A DNA stretch of 64,000 nucleotides from Clostridia bacterium (GCA_045637095.1 JAZTYX010000054.1:1373-65372); one strand, 5' to 3'. Positions 47,689 through 59,170 are shown, counted from the first letter of the stretch. Numbers and translations are program-made. Notes: a model not told the origin generated them from the letters alone.

Positions 47689-49869
47689 ATGGCGTTTGCA
47701 AAGAAAGCACATAAAACAAGAGCAATGGGATTAATGGCAGTTGCGGTAATAGCATTTGTGCTATTAGCTATTAGAATGTTTTGGATACAAATTGTAAAAG
47801 GCGAGTATTATTCAGAAAAAGCATATTTACAACAAACAAAAGACAGAGCTATTTCTGCAAGCCGTGGAACAATTTATGATACGGCAGGAAATAAATTAGC
47901 GCTTAGTGTTTCTACAAATACGCTATCTATAGCACCAACAAATATAGAAACAGAAGATAAAGAGAAACTAGCTAAAGATTTAGGAGAAATTTTAGATATG
48001 TCTTGGGATACAATTTTATCTAAAATAAATAAAACAGTATCTTTAGTTACAATAGCTACAAATATAGATAAGGAAACAGCAGAAGAACTAACTAATTACG
48101 TGTATAAAAATGAGCTTAAAGGTGTGTATGTAGATGAATCAACTAGCAGAATATATCCTTACGGAGCAATGTTATCTCATGTATTAGGATTTACAGGAAC
48201 AGATGATCAAGGATTATATGGTCTAGAATCATATTATGAAGAAGAACTTGCTGGAGAAGATGGAAGAATCGTTGGTAGTATAGATGGTGGCGGAAATGAA
48301 ACTCCATTTGAAGAAGAAGAATATATAGCACCAACAAACGGAAGTGATATAACTTTAACAATAGATGCAACTATACAAGGTATAGTAGAAAAGAATCTAG
48401 AAAAAGCCGTAAAAGAAAACGTATCAGATAAAGGTGTATGTGTTGTAATGCGTCCGTCAACTGGAGAGGTTTTAGCAATGGCTACATATCCAGATTTTGA
48501 TCCGAATGATCCATTTACAATAAACGATGCTAGTTTAGCTGCTAAGTGGGATACGATGTCTTCAAAAGATAAAAATACAGCATTAAATAATATGTGGAGA
48601 AATACAGCTATATCTGATGCGTACGAACCAGGATCAACATTTAAGGTTGTAACTGCTTCAGCAGCATTAGAAGAAGATATTGTTTCTATAGATCAAGCAG
48701 GACTATTTAATTGTAATGGATATGTGAGCATATCTGGTTGGAAGATTAGATGTTGGAGATATCCAAGAAAACATGGTGCGCAAACATTAAGACAGGCGGT
48801 TATGAATTCTTGTAATCCAAGTTTTATGCAAGCTGGCCTTAAAATAGGAAAAGAAAAATATACAGAATATCTAAAAGCATATAATTTATATGATAGAACG
48901 GGAATAGATTTACCTGGTGAAACAACAGGTATAATACATGATCCTAAAACAATGACAGAACTTGACCTTGCAACAACATCGTTTGGTCAAACGATATCTG
49001 TAACAACACTTCAAACAGCAGTTATATATTCTGCAATAGCAAACGGTGGATATATTATGCAACCATATGTTGTAAAAGAGGTTCGTAGTGCAGATGGTAC
49101 ACTTATATCTGAAACTACACCTAAAATTAAGAAACAAGTAATATCTGAATCTACAGCAAATGATGTATTGTCTGCGTTATTTGATACAGTAGATAAAGGA
49201 ACAGGTAAGGCTGCTAAAGTAAGTGGATATACAGTTGCTGGTAAAACAGGAACGGCTGAAGAAGGAAGAGGTAAGGATCTTTGGTACATGGCATCATTTG
49301 CGGGTATTGCACCGGTAAATGATCCAGAAGTAGTAGTTATATTTAGTCTATATGATCCTAAAGGGCCAAGCGGACACCAAGGTGGAACAATTTGTGCTCC
49401 AGTTGTAGGAAATATTATAGATGAGACATTAAGATATTTAGATGTAAATCCAAGTTATGCAGTAGAAGAAACAGATACTAAAACGGTAGTAGTTCCAAAT
49501 GTAACTGGTAAAACATATAAGGAAGCAAAAGAAATAATAGAAAAAGCTGGTTTAACAATAGCATCAGATAACACAATAGCGTCAGATAAAATAATATTAG
49601 ATCAAATACCAAAAGCTGGTGCAAACCTTATAGAAGATGGAACGGTTAGAGTGTATAATTCTACAGATGCTAAGAAAGATACAACTACTGTACCAGATGT
49701 AAGAGGTTTAAGTGTTAAGAAGGCAATAACTAAATTAAATAAAGCAGGACTAAATATTAAAGTAGTAGGAAATGGTAATGCAATAATCCAAGACACAAGT
49801 CCGGGGGATGTTGTTACTAAAGGTTCAATAATTACGGTTAAGTTTGTGGATACAACAGACTTACACTAA
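47689..49869 (+). CDS. spoVD: Class B penicillin-binding protein (SpoVD/FtsI-like) with two PASTA domains
   Basis: RGTIYD, EPGSTFK, NSCN, KTGTA; position in dcw. Confidence 0.85.
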   Translation: MAFAKKAHKTRAMGLMAVAVIAFVLLAIRMFWIQIVKGEYYSEKAYLQQTKDRAISASRGTIYDTAGNKLALSVSTNTLSIAPTNIETEDKEKLAKDLGEILDMSWDTILSKINKTVSLVTIATNIDKETAEELTNYVYKNELKGVYVDESTSRIYPYGAMLSHVLGFTGTDDQGLYGLESYYEEELAGEDGRIVGSIDGGGNETPFEEEEYIAPTNGSDITLTIDATIQGIVEKNLEKAVKENVSDKGVCVVMRPSTGEVLAMATYPDFDPNDPFTINDASLAAKWDTMSSKDKNTALNNMWRNTAISDAYEPGSTFKVVTASAALEEDIVSIDQAGLFNCNGYVSISGWKIRCWRYPRKHGAQTLRQAVMNSCNPSFMQAGLKIGKEKYTEYLKAYNLYDRTGIDLPGETTGIIHDPKTMTELDLATTSFGQTISVTTLQTAVIYSAIANGGYIMQPYVVKEVRSADGTLISETTPKIKKQVISESTANDVLSALFDTVDKGTGKAAKVSGYTVAGKTGTAEEGRGKDLWYMASFAGIAPVNDPEVVVIFSLYDPKGPSGHQGGTICAPVVGNIIDETLRYLDVNPSYAVEETDTKTVVVPNVTGKTYKEAKEIIEKAGLTIASDNTIASDKIILDQIPKAGANLIEDGTVRVYNSTDAKKDTTTVPDVRGLSVKKAITKLNKAGLNIKVVGNGNAIIQDTSPGDVVTKGSIITVKFVDTTDLH

Positions 49870-49947
49870 AAGCATATTATTTATATAATATGACTTAAAA
49901 TTTGTATGAGAGTGTGGTATAATTACTACGTATTTGGAGGGATAACA

Positions 49948-51420
49948 ATGTTATTACAATATCTAGTAGAAGAATTAGATAAAAAAACTAATGGAGATTT
50001 AAACATTAATATAAATAAAATAGAATATAGTTCAGAAAAAGTAGGATTAGGCGACTTGTTTGTAGCCATAAAAGGATTAAAGCAAGATGGTCATGATTAT
50101 ATAGTAGATGCAGTAGCTAACGGTGCTGTAGCAGTTATAGTAGAAGAAGCATATTTAGATAAAGTGAATGTACCAGTACCAGTTATAGCTGTTCCTAATT
50201 CAAGAATAGCTTTAGCAGAAGTTGCAGCAAAGTTTTATGATTATCCAGCATCTAAACTAAAAGTTATAGGAATAACAGGAACAAAAGGTAAAACAACAAC
50301 TGCATATATGGTAAGAGATATTATGCTAGCAGCTAAAAAGAAAATTGGTATGATAGGCACAATATACAATACTTATGCAGATAAAGTAATAGAAGCAGTA
50401 AGAACAACACCAGAATCTTTAGATATACAAAAGTTATTAAAAGATATGGTAGATAGCGGCATGGAATATGTTGTTATGGAGGTATCTTCACACGCTCTAG
50501 AACTTCATAGAGTACACGGTATTAAATTTGAAATAGGAATATTTACAAATCTAGGACGTGAACATTTAGATTTTCATGGTGATATGGATAATTATCTTAA
50601 AGCTAAGGCAAAGCTTTTTGAACAAAGTATATTTGGAATAATTAATGTAGACGATATCTATGCTCCAAAGTTGCTTAAATATGTAAATTGCAAATATGCA
50701 AAATATGGTTTAGATAATGAAGCAAATGTATCTGCTACAGATATTAGAATAAACAACAATTATGTAGATTTCAAAATGTATATAAACAAACAATTACAAA
50801 CAATTACTGTTCCAATACCAGGAAAATATACAGTATACAATGCAGTAGCAGCAGTAGCAGCTTGTAGCATGTTAGGTGCTCAAATGCAAGATGTACTTGT
50901 AGGACTTTCTACAGTTAAAGTTCCAGGTAGAAGCGAAACAGTAGATATAAATAAAACATTTGCTGTTTTAATAGATTATGCACACAATCCATCAAGTTTA
51001 GAAGCAATACTTGTAAATACTAAAAAGTATATTAAAGGTAGAGTAATACTTGTATTTGGATGCGGCGGAAACAGAGATAAAGAAAAAAGAAAAGAGATGG
51101 GAAAACTTGCAGGAACATATGCAGATTTCACTATCATAACAACAGATAATCCAAGAGACGAAAAGCCAGAAACTATAGCAAAAGAAATAGAAGCTGGACT
51201 TAAAGAAACAAGAGGATTATCTAAAGTAATAATAAACAGAAAAGATGCCATTGAATTTGCAATGAGAATTGCATGGGCAAATGATACAGTAATTCTTGCT
51301 GGTAAAGGTCATGAAACATATCAAGAACTTGCAAACGGTAAGAAGATACATTTTGACGAAAGAGAAATCGTTAAAAAGGCAGCAGAAAAAATGCCTGGTA
51401 AAAACGAAGTAAAATATTAA
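49948..51420 (+). CDS. murE: UDP-MurNAc-dipeptide--meso-DAP ligase
   Basis: GTKGKTTT, TTPES, MEVSSH, DYAHNP, DNPR (DAP-specific), GKGHE. Confidence 0.96.
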   Translation: MLLQYLVEELDKKTNGDLNININKIEYSSEKVGLGDLFVAIKGLKQDGHDYIVDAVANGAVAVIVEEAYLDKVNVPVPVIAVPNSRIALAEVAAKFYDYPASKLKVIGITGTKGKTTTAYMVRDIMLAAKKKIGMIGTIYNTYADKVIEAVRTTPESLDIQKLLKDMVDSGMEYVVMEVSSHALELHRVHGIKFEIGIFTNLGREHLDFHGDMDNYLKAKAKLFEQSIFGIINVDDIYAPKLLKYVNCKYAKYGLDNEANVSATDIRINNNYVDFKMYINKQLQTITVPIPGKYTVYNAVAAVAACSMLGAQMQDVLVGLSTVKVPGRSETVDINKTFAVLIDYAHNPSSLEAILVNTKKYIKGRVILVFGCGGNRDKEKRKEMGKLAGTYADFTIITTDNPRDEKPETIAKEIEAGLKETRGLSKVIINRKDAIEFAMRIAWANDTVILAGKGHETYQELANGKKIHFDEREIVKKAAEKMPGKNEVKY

Positions 51421-51442
51421 TAAGACATTTGGAGGATAAAAC

Positions 51443-52393
51443 ATGAATATACCATTAACTTTACTTTTATCAGGAGGAATTTCATTTGTAGTGACAGTTG
51501 TCTTAAGTTTAATAATAATACCATACTTAAGAAAACTTAAAATAGGGCAAGTGGTTCGTACTGATGGCCCAGAAGAACATTTGAAAAAATCTGGAACACC
51601 TACAATGGGTGGAATAATGATGCTAATTGCAATGATAGGAATTCTTGTAGTATTTGCATTTAAATATCCTGTATTAATATTACCGATAACGTTAATATTA
51701 GGCTACGGAATAGTTGGTTTTATAGATGATAGAAAAAAATTAGTAGAAAAAAGTAGCGATGGAATAAGCGCTAAAATGAAGATGATACTTCTATTTGTAT
51801 TCTCGGTAGCATTTCTTGTATTATACATGGTATTCTTAGACTGGGGTACAGGAACAAACATACCATTTCTAGACTTTGCTGGAGTGTTTGTTGTGTTTAC
51901 AATGCTTGTAATGCTTGGAACAAGTAATGCAATAAACTTGACTGATGGCCTAGATGGTTTAGCATCAGGTGTAAGTGCAATAATAATGACATTCTTTACG
52001 GCAGTAGCTATGAAAAGAGGAGACATGGCAATGGTTGTGCTTGGAGCTACAACTGTAGGAGCAACACTTGGATTTTTAATATTTAACGTAAAACCAGCAA
52101 AGGTGTTTATGGGAGACACAGGTTCTCTTGCATTAGGTGCAGCAATAGCAGCAATAGCAATACTTATGAAAATGCCAATGTATCTATTAATAGTTGCATT
52201 AATACCAGTAGTAGAAACATTATCTTCAGCACTTCAAGTTATCTACTTTAAAGCTACGAAAGGTAAAAGATTATTTAAGATGGCTCCGCTACATCATCAT
52301 TTAGAATTAAGCGGATTAAAAGAAACAACAATAGTAATCTTATTCTGGGGGATAACAGCAGTGTTATCTTTGATAGGATTTATATTAGTATAG
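51443..52393 (+). CDS. mraY: Phospho-MurNAc-pentapeptide transferase
   Basis: KSGTPTMGG, NLTDGLDGL, FMGDTGS, MAPLHHH. Confidence 0.97.
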   Translation: MNIPLTLLLSGGISFVVTVVLSLIIIPYLRKLKIGQVVRTDGPEEHLKKSGTPTMGGIMMLIAMIGILVVFAFKYPVLILPITLILGYGIVGFIDDRKKLVEKSSDGISAKMKMILLFVFSVAFLVLYMVFLDWGTGTNIPFLDFAGVFVVFTMLVMLGTSNAINLTDGLDGLASGVSAIIMTFFTAVAMKRGDMAMVVLGATTVGATLGFLIFNVKPAKVFMGDTGSLALGAAIAAIAILMKMPMYLLIVALIPVVETLSSALQVIYFKATKGKRLFKMAPLHHHLELSGLKETTIVILFWGITAVLSLIGFILV

Positions 52394-52415
52394 AATAGAA
52401 AATAGGAGGAAGAGC

Positions 52416-53540
52416 ATGGCTAAAATTGTAGAGAAATTAAAAGCACTTAAAGACTGGAAATTAGTAGATTTCCCGTTCCTTTTCACGCTTTTAGTTCTTC
52501 TTGCAATTGGCCTTATTGCTCTTTCTTCTGCTAGTTCATACTATGCTTTAACAGAAACAGGAGATAGCATGTATTACCTAAAAAGACAACTTGGATTTGC
52601 TTCTTTTGGTTTGGTTGTTATGGCATTTGTAATGACTTGGGAAAAGAAAAACTATAAAAGGTTTAGTTACCTTGCTTTTATAATTGCAGGGATATTTATG
52701 GTACTTGTAGAAGTGCCTGGACTAGGTGTTACCGTAAAGGGAGCAAAACGTTGGCTAAATTTAGGATTTACATTCCAACCGTCTGAAGTGTTAAAGTTAG
52801 GACTAATAATGGCCTTAGCTAGATATATTTCAGAAAACCAAAAGAAAATGAAAAGTGTTAAGGGATATTTAGCACCTTTGGGAATGTTGGTTGGTGCAAT
52901 AGTATTTACATATTTACAATCACACATGAGTGCCATGATTGTTATGTGTGTAATATTTGGAATAATGATGCTATGTAGTGGGCTTAAGATAAATTGGAAA
53001 ATTGTTGGTCCGTTGCTTGTGATAGGTATAATTGGAGTAGGCGCCTTCTTCTTAGCAGAGGACTATAGAAGAGAAAGAATATTCTCTTACCTAAATCCAG
53101 ATGTGGATATAACAGGTAGTAACTGGCAACCTACACAAAGTCTTTACGCAATAGGTTCTGGTGGACTTTTTGGTAAAGGGTTAGGTCAAAGCAGACAAAA
53201 ATATCTATGGCTTCCTGAAGCACAAAACGACTTTGTATTTTCTGTGTATGCAGAAGAATTTGGTTTTGTAGGATCACTTGTAGTAATTATACTTTTTATA
53301 ACATTAATATATAGAGGTGTGTCAATAGGATTAAATTCTAAAGATATGTATGGAATGCTTGTGACACTCGGTATAATTGGAATGTTTGCATTCCAGATAA
53401 TAATAAATATAGCGGTTGTAACAAAAACAATGCCAACAACAGGTATGCCGCTTCCATTCTTTAGTTCGGGTGGTACATCACTTGTAATAAATTTAATAGC
53501 AATGGGAATAGTACTTGGAATATCTAAGGAAAATAAATAA
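52416..53540 (+). CDS. ftsW: SEDS protein FtsW/SpoVE
   Basis: GAKRW, FQPSE, LPEAQNDF, PTTGMPLPFFSSGG. Confidence 0.92.
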   Translation: MAKIVEKLKALKDWKLVDFPFLFTLLVLLAIGLIALSSASSYYALTETGDSMYYLKRQLGFASFGLVVMAFVMTWEKKNYKRFSYLAFIIAGIFMVLVEVPGLGVTVKGAKRWLNLGFTFQPSEVLKLGLIMALARYISENQKKMKSVKGYLAPLGMLVGAIVFTYLQSHMSAMIVMCVIFGIMMLCSGLKINWKIVGPLLVIGIIGVGAFFLAEDYRRERIFSYLNPDVDITGSNWQPTQSLYAIGSGGLFGKGLGQSRQKYLWLPEAQNDFVFSVYAEEFGFVGSLVVIILFITLIYRGVSIGLNSKDMYGMLVTLGIIGMFAFQIIINIAVVTKTMPTTGMPLPFFSSGGTSLVINLIAMGIVLGISKENK

Positions 53541-53554
53541 GGTTAGGTGAAAAA

Positions 53555-54667
53555 ATGAGAGCAATAATAGCATGCGCTGGTAGTGGTGGGCACATTAATC
53601 CAGGAATAGCAATAGCAAATGAAATACTAAAGAGAGAACCAGATAGTAAAATAATATTTGTTGGTACTAAAACAGGTATGGAAAATGATTTGGTAAAAAA
53701 AGCTGGTTATGAACTTGCGCATATACGTGCTGGAAGATTCCATAGAAGACTTACTTGGTATAATATAAGAAATATGGCAAATGCTTTCTTAGGAATATTT
53801 GATGCGGAAAAACTTGTTAAGAAATTTAAACCAGATATAGTTATAGGTACAGGTGGGTTTATATGTGTCCCAATGATGAAAGCTGCAAAGAAAAAACATA
53901 TACCATATGTATTACATGAAAGTAATGCATTCCCTGGTCTATCTGTGAAGTTAGTTGCAAAAGATGCAGCGAAGATATTACTTGGTTTTGAAGATACTAA
54001 ACAAAGATTAGATAATAAAGTAAATTCTGTATATACAGGCACACCTGCTAAATTTGATATGAATCATATGATGGCTTTAGACAAAGAAGCATGTAAAAAA
54101 GAATTAGGATTAGATAAAGAAACTATAGGAGATAGAAAAGTAATATTTGTAACAGGTGGAAGCCAAGGAGCAAAGAGATTTAACGAAGTAATTATTAATA
54201 TGGTAAGAGAATATAAACCGAAAGATTTGTATTTTGTAATTGCTGTAGGTAAAGATAATTATGAATTAGCACAAAGTATGTTAAAAGAAGAAGATAGTGA
54301 GTATATAAAAATAGAGAAGTTTATATACGAAATGGATAAGATGTATAAAGCATCAGATCTTTTAATTACTCGTGCGGGAGCATTAACAATAACTGAACTT
54401 AGTATAGTAAGAAGACCTGCAATACTTGTTCCGCTTCCAACAGCAGCAGAGAATCATCAATTCTTTAACGCTAAGGCAATGGAAAATGCCGGTGCAGGTA
54501 TATTAATAGAAGAGAATGTATTGAATGAAACCGTTTTATATGATAAAATAAAAGATATAATAAATGACAACAAAATACTTGAAACTATGGGTGAAAATGC
54601 AGCTAAATTGTATAAACCAGATGTTGAAGGTAAAATTTATGAAGAAATAAAAGAAATTGTTGGCTAG
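53555..54667 (+). CDS. murG: Undecaprenyl-PP-MurNAc-pentapeptide GlcNAc transferase
   Basis: GSGGHINP, HESNA, GGSQGA, RAGA, HQFFNA. Confidence 0.96.
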   Translation: MRAIIACAGSGGHINPGIAIANEILKREPDSKIIFVGTKTGMENDLVKKAGYELAHIRAGRFHRRLTWYNIRNMANAFLGIFDAEKLVKKFKPDIVIGTGGFICVPMMKAAKKKHIPYVLHESNAFPGLSVKLVAKDAAKILLGFEDTKQRLDNKVNSVYTGTPAKFDMNHMMALDKEACKKELGLDKETIGDRKVIFVTGGSQGAKRFNEVIINMVREYKPKDLYFVIAVGKDNYELAQSMLKEEDSEYIKIEKFIYEMDKMYKASDLLITRAGALTITELSIVRRPAILVPLPTAAENHQFFNAKAMENAGAGILIEENVLNETVLYDKIKDIINDNKILETMGENAAKLYKPDVEGKIYEEIKEIVG

Positions 54668-54675
54668 GAGAAAAC

Positions 54676-55503
54676 GTGAGAAAAGAAGAAAGTAGAACGG
54701 AATCAGTTGAAAAAAATAAAAAAGTAAATAAAACCGTTTCTAAAAAGAACAAAGGAAAGCTTAAGAGAAAAATATTAAGAGGACTAGTTTATCTAGTGCT
54801 TATAGTATTTGCGCTTTCTTTGTTCTTTTTATTGGGATTTGGTGTATACAAGCTATATACCGCAAGTAGATTCAATATAGGTGCGGTTAATGTAGAAGGC
54901 AATGTTAAGTATACTGTAGAAGAAATTAAAGAGTTAGCAAACATTCAGATAGGTACAAACATTAACAAACTTAAAGCAGGCAAAACAGAAAAGATAATAG
55001 AAGAATTGCCTTATGTAAGAGATGCCAAGGTAGTGCGTAAGTATCCAGAAACTGTAATAATAAAAGTTGAAGAGTATGTTTCTAGTTTTGTTGCACTTAA
55101 TAAAGAAACAAACGAATATATTAGACTTACAGATAAAGGTGTAATATTAGAAAAATGTAATTTAGAGGATGTTACAGAAACAGAATTGTTATTATTCGGA
55201 ATACATTTTGACGATAACCTAGGAGAAAAAATAGTTGAACTAGAACAAAAGAAACTACAAACACTTATAGATATGATGGAGAAATATTCTAAAGAAAATA
55301 TATCTAAAAAAATAACAAGTGTAGAGTTTAATGAAGGAGATATTATTTTAACACTAGATTATGATATAGATGTAATAATGGATACAACTGAGATAGAGTA
55401 CAAGCTTAATCTTTTAACAAGCATATTAGATGAAATAAATGGTAAAGTTGGAACTATAGATATGACAATAGAAAATCCAATATTTGCTGAAAGCATAAAA
55501 TAG
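54676..55503 (+). CDS. divIB: Cell division protein DivIB/FtsQ
   Basis: Basic N-terminus, TM, POTRA (VEGN, LPYV..AKV.RKYP). Confidence 0.85.
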   Translation: MRKEESRTESVEKNKKVNKTVSKKNKGKLKRKILRGLVYLVLIVFALSLFFLLGFGVYKLYTASRFNIGAVNVEGNVKYTVEEIKELANIQIGTNINKLKAGKTEKIIEELPYVRDAKVVRKYPETVIIKVEEYVSSFVALNKETNEYIRLTDKGVILEKCNLEDVTETELLLFGIHFDDNLGEKIVELEQKKLQTLIDMMEKYSKENISKKITSVEFNEGDIILTLDYDIDVIMDTTEIEYKLNLLTSILDEINGKVGTIDMTIENPIFAESIK

Positions 55504-55512
55504 AAGGAAGAA

Positions 55513-56421
55513 ATGGAGAAAAAACAAACAAGACCTGTAGTTAAAGAAAAGAAAGTAACTATAGACATAACAAAAAAAGAGCCAATAGATAAGGTCAAGA
55601 AAATAGCCAAAGAAAATTCTACAGTTGTTATGGGGAAGGTTGCAGAAAGTTCTAAAGAACAAGGTACAAAAAACATAAAAGCAGCAAAAATAGAAAGAAC
55701 AAGAGAATTAATAAAAAAATACAATGTTACTTCAGTTGTTATGATTTCTTTAGTATTATTCATTTGTTCCTTCATAATAGCAGCGCAACTTAATACTGTT
55801 GGAAATACAGATATAGTAACACAAGGCATGAGAGAAGCGGAACTTTTAACAGAACTTCAAAAAGCAAACAATAAATATGAAGAACTAAAAGAAGAATATG
55901 AAAAAAGTCAAATAATAGTTGATGAGTATAGAGAAGATGCTTCAAGTAACGACCTTTTAATATCTTCGATGACAACATTGCTTGAAAGAGCAGAAATATT
56001 AGCTGGTCTTGTAAAAGTAAAAGGCCAAGGCGTAGTAATAACGCTTGCAGACAGTACAGATACAAACATACCAGTTGAAGCTGGACTTGTTCATGATACT
56101 GACCTTATGGCAATAGTTAATGAATTAAGAGCAGCAGGTGCAGAAGCAATAAGTGTTAATGGACAAAGAATTATTTCTACAACCGCAATAAGATGTGTAG
56201 GTCCAACAATACAAATTAACGAAGTTAAAGTTGCATCACCATTCCATATTAAAGCAATTGGAGATGCGAAATACTTAGAAAGTGCACTTAATATTAAAAA
56301 TGGCATAGTAGATAATTTCAAAGTATATGGAATTAATGTTGAAGTAAAAACAGACAATAATATAACAATAGATAAATATGATAACACATTAACATTAAAA
56401 TATGCTAGTGAAGTAAAATAG
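55513..56421 (+). CDS. DUF881 (YlxW/YlxX-like) protein
   Basis: GQGVVITLAD, VHDTDL..VNEL.AAGAEAISVNGQR. Confidence 0.9.
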   Translation: MEKKQTRPVVKEKKVTIDITKKEPIDKVKKIAKENSTVVMGKVAESSKEQGTKNIKAAKIERTRELIKKYNVTSVVMISLVLFICSFIIAAQLNTVGNTDIVTQGMREAELLTELQKANNKYEELKEEYEKSQIIVDEYREDASSNDLLISSMTTLLERAEILAGLVKVKGQGVVITLADSTDTNIPVEAGLVHDTDLMAIVNELRAAGAEAISVNGQRIISTTAIRCVGPTIQINEVKVASPFHIKAIGDAKYLESALNIKNGIVDNFKVYGINVEVKTDNNITIDKYDNTLTLKYASEVK

Positions 56422-56430
56422 GAGGTAGAG

Positions 56431-56802
56431 ATGAAGAAAACAGTAATAACATTAATATTTGCAATAGTAATCGTATTTGGCTTCATATTTGGCTCAAATC
56501 TAGAAATACCATATAAATATACTGCATATATTGCGGTGGCAATATTAGCATTCTTAGATTCGTTATTTGGTGGCATAGTATCCAATATGAAAAACGAATT
56601 CGATATGACGGTTTTTATATCAGGATTCTTTGTAAATGCTCTTATAGCAATATTTTTAGTATATCTAGGACAAAAATTAAATGTAGATATTTACCTTGCA
56701 GCTGTAATAGTATTTACAACAAGATTGTTTACAAACCTAAGTATAATCCGTAGATTAATAATAGAAAATATAGAAGAAAATAAGAAGAATAAAAAAGCAT
56801 AG
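56431..56802 (+). CDS. Small basic protein DUF1290 (Sbp)
   Basis: AILAFLDSLFGG, FISGFFVN, RLFTNLSIIRR. Confidence 0.9.
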   Translation: MKKTVITLIFAIVIVFGFIFGSNLEIPYKYTAYIAVAILAFLDSLFGGIVSNMKNEFDMTVFISGFFVNALIAIFLVYLGQKLNVDIYLAAVIVFTTRLFTNLSIIRRLIIENIEENKKNKKA

Positions 56803-56907
56803 CTAAGAAAAGAAATGTCATAAAACTACATGTATAGTCGAATGCATTGAGAGTAAAAAATAGTAAATATATAATAATACCGAAACGTAAAGTGGAGGTA
56901 TTTTTTT

Positions 56908-59170
56908 ATGCATGAGTTTACTAAAAAGGCAGAATCTGTTTTAGAGAAAACAAGACTTTTTGCAATAAAACATCGATATACATATATAGGAACAGAACAT
57001 ATACTGTATGGTTTAATTAAAGAACAAACCTCGATCGCGGGTAAAATACTTTCAAAGCAAAAGATAACAGCAAAGTATATAGAACAAGAAATACTAAAGA
57101 TAGATGGAGTGAAAGATAAAGAACAGTTAAAAATAACAGAACCTACCTTTACATTAAGAGCTAAAAAGGTAATAGAAAACAGTATTAAAGAGGCGAATAA
57201 AACGGGTGCCAATTATATTGGGACAGAACATATTCTTTTAGCATTAATGAAGGAAACAGATAGTATTGCGGTTAGAATACTAATAGAAGCAAACATAGAT
57301 CCAGAAAAAGTATTTACAGATATTATCAAATACATAACTGAAGAACATTATACGGCTTCTACATCTAAAAATAGTAATACACAAGCTTTAGATATGTATA
57401 CAGAAGATATAACGGAGCTTGCAAAAAGAAATAAGCTAGAGCAAGTTGTAGGAATGGAACCATATATAACAAGGTGTTTACAGATTCTTTTAAGAAAAAC
57501 AAAAAATAATGTGTTAATAATTGGTGAAGCTGGAGTTGGGAAAACGAGTCTGGTATATGCTTTAACTAAACGAATTTTAGAAGAAAACGCAGGTATAAAT
57601 AAAAGAATATTAGAGTTAGATATATCTTCGATGTTAGCAGGTGCTAAGTATAGAGGGGATTTTGAAGAAAGATTAAAGAAATGTATTTTAGAAGCGAAAG
57701 CTGAAGAAAATATTTTGCTATATATAGACGATATGAGAAATATAATAAGCTTAGGAAACACAGAAGGTTCTTTAGATGCAGCAAATATTCTTAAACCATA
57801 TTTATCAAAAGGAGAGATACAAGTAATAGGAACATGTACAATAGATGAGTATGCAAAATACATAGAAAAAGATATGTCATTAAATAGACTTTTTCAAACA
57901 ATAGATATAAAAGAACCAAACAAAAACGAGACATATAATATAATTAAGGGGATAAAAAGTAGATACGAAAAACATCATAACGTTGTAATTCCAGATGAAA
58001 CAATAAAAGAAAGTATAGAACTTGGTATAAGGTATATACATACAAGAAAGATGCCGGACAAAATAATAGATATTTTGGATGAGGCTTGTGCTAAAGCGAA
58101 AACGGAAAAAAGGAATACTGTGTTAATGGAAGATATAGAAAGTATTGTTTCTAAAATTACAAATATACCAGCTCAAAAAATAAAAAAGAGTGAGAAGGAA
58201 AAACTAATCTTTTTAGAAAAAAGATTAAAAGAAAATGTAATTGGTCAAGATGAAGCAATAAAGAAAATTTCTAATGTTATAAAAAGAAATAGGCTAGGTA
58301 TAAGAGATACAAAAAGGCCTATGGGTGTTTTCCTTTTTACTGGTCCTACACGGTGTTGGTAAAACAGAGTTGGTAAAGGTGCTTGCGAGTGAGCTGTTAG
58401 ATTCTAAAGAAAATATAATAAGATTAGATATGTCAGAATACATGGAAAGGCACAGCGTGTCAAAGTTAATAGGCGCGCCACCAGGATATATTGGATTTGG
58501 TGAACTAGGAACTTTAACAGATAAGATTAAACGTAATCCATATAGCATAATTCTTTTTGACGAAATAGAAAAAGCACATCCGGATATATATAATATATTG
58601 CTTCAACTTTTTGATGATGGAAGATTAACAGATAGTAAAGGAAGTACAGTAAACTTTAACAATACTATATGTATAATGACATCAAATATTGGAGCTAGAA
58701 ATATAACAGATGCTAAAACATTAGGATTTGCAAAAGTTAATTCGGAAAAAGAAGAATATGAAAATATGAAAAAAGAAGTAATGGAGGAAGTGAATAAAAG
58801 ATTTAGTCCGGAATTTCTAAATAGATTGGATGATGTCATTGTGTTTAATAAACTAAGTAAAGAGGATATATTAAATATAACCAAGTTAATGTTAAAGGAT
58901 ACAAAAGAAAGAATAATGACTAGAGGGCTAAAAATTGAATTTAACGGCGAATTAGAAAAACACATATCTGTTGTAGGGTATGATGCTAAAAAAGGCGCTA
59001 GACCTATTTTAAGAGCAATACGAACTAAAATAGAAGATGAGTTGTCAGAGTATTTGTTAAAAAATGAAGTAGAAAAAGATGAAAAAATAAAGATAAGATA
59101 TATACCTAAGAAGGATAAAATAGAGATAAGCAAGACGTCGCTAAGACGCAAGGTTGAAAAAATGATGTAA
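56908..59170 (+). CDS. clpC: Clp ATPase (ClpC/ClpA-like) split by a +1 frameshift at 58351 (ORFs 56908-58362 and 58352-59170)
   Basis: Two Clp-N repeats (YIGTEHIL), NBD1 GEAGVGKT/KYRGDFEER; NBD2 GPT+C+GVGKT, DMSEY, GYIG, FDEIEK, LGF ClpP loop; joined product 753 aa. Could be a pseudogene, sequencing error or recoding site. Confidence 0.85.
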
